Shown here one piece after another: positions 63,882-64,000 of a stretch of DNA of 64,000 nt. The notes under the pieces were generated by a model. The model worked only from the letters and a program-made list of their open reading frames with translations. It was not told the DNA's origin and did not search any database. The translations under genes were made by a program, and so were the position numbers. Source of the DNA: an uncultured Actinomycetota bacterium (GTDB lineage: Bacteria; Actinomycetota; Actinomycetes; Actinomycetales; CAVURS01); contig CAVURS010000003.1 of NCBI GenBank assembly GCA_963743975.1, positions 149,512 through 213,511 on the forward strand, read 5' to 3'. The first letter of the stretch is position 1, and every line of letters starts with the position of its first letter.

Positions 63882-64000
63882 TCAGCTCTCGCGGACCACC
63901 TGGTCCGGTGACTTGTCCGGCCGCAGCCCCCGCCACGCCGGGTGGCGCAGCCGGCCGTCCCGCGTCCACTCGCCGAACCGCACCTCGCCGACCACCGTGG
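63882..64000 (-). CDS. ATP-dependent DNA ligase, C-terminal (OB-fold) end; gene continues beyond the right edge
   Basis: The reverse-strand translation ...TVVGEVRFGEWTRDGRLRHPAWRGLRPDKSPDQVVRES followed by a stop matches the conserved C-terminus of LigD/LigC-type ligases (F.EWT.DG.LRHP...GLR.DK). Confidence 0.6.
   Translation of the reverse strand, partial: TVVGEVRFGEWTRDGRLRHPAWRGLRPDKSPDQVVRES

Noticed and set aside
1-64000. A search by eye for CRISPR arrays, tRNA or rRNA genes, IS elements, integrases and prophage genes.
   Set aside because: I saw no regularly spaced repeats longer than the short promoter arrays reported above. I also saw no cloverleaf-like low-GC islands and no transposase or integrase motifs. 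A tRNA or Rfam scan would be needed for formal exclusion.

Overview
The window looks like a high-GC (roughly 70% or more by eye) Actinomycetota chromosomal segment. It is densely packed, with about 55 protein-coding genes on both strands and no rRNA, tRNA, CRISPR array, transposase or integrase that I could recognise. Most long ORFs in the supplied track are antisense 'shadow' ORFs typical of high-GC DNA. I called genes from recognisable motifs, Shine-Dalgarno sequences and stop/start overlaps. Content from left to right:
- SDR, cupin, and a glutamine-synthetase-like/Dabb/APC-permease operon.
- DUF1345 membrane protein and a secreted beta-propeller protein.
- A 568-bp non-coding gap.
- Isochorismatase-family gene, then an HxlR regulator divergent from an MFS pump.
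- GH13 enzyme and a GlsB/YeaQ membrane protein.
- A seven-gene minus-strand operon that resembles frlR/frlA/frlD/frlB (GntR, APC permease, PfkB kinase, SIS deglycase) but continues, translationally coupled, into a nucleotidyltransferase, a metallophosphoesterase and a LOG-family protein.
- A Cys-type formate dehydrogenase alpha/beta pair, with an apparent frameshift and no membrane subunit.
- DHFR-like gene, two tiny membrane ORFs, a LamG protein, a HIBADH-like gene and msrA.
- An OmpR-type two-component system divergent from an ABC-2 exporter whose permease carries a large lectin-like loop.
- Class-II amidotransferase divergent from glutamate decarboxylase.
- An orphan sugar ABC permease.
- A VOC/ADH/SDR/catalase HPII stress cluster.
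- PoxB-like enzyme coupled to topoisomerase IB.
- A LigD-type phosphoesterase+polymerase protein without a ligase domain.
- FAD oxidoreductase plus a large SARP regulator.
- Phosphoesterase, extradiol dioxygenase and a PQQ-like lipoprotein.
- Two further MFS pumps, USP, and an SDR/small-membrane/GH15 trio.
- The 3' end of an ATP-dependent DNA ligase at the right edge.

The most interesting candidate is the frl-like operon with its NTase-phosphoesterase-LOG extension and its disrupted kinase. Several phased repeat arrays in promoter regions are also visible directly in the sequence. All functional calls come from motif recognition by eye; no database search was run.
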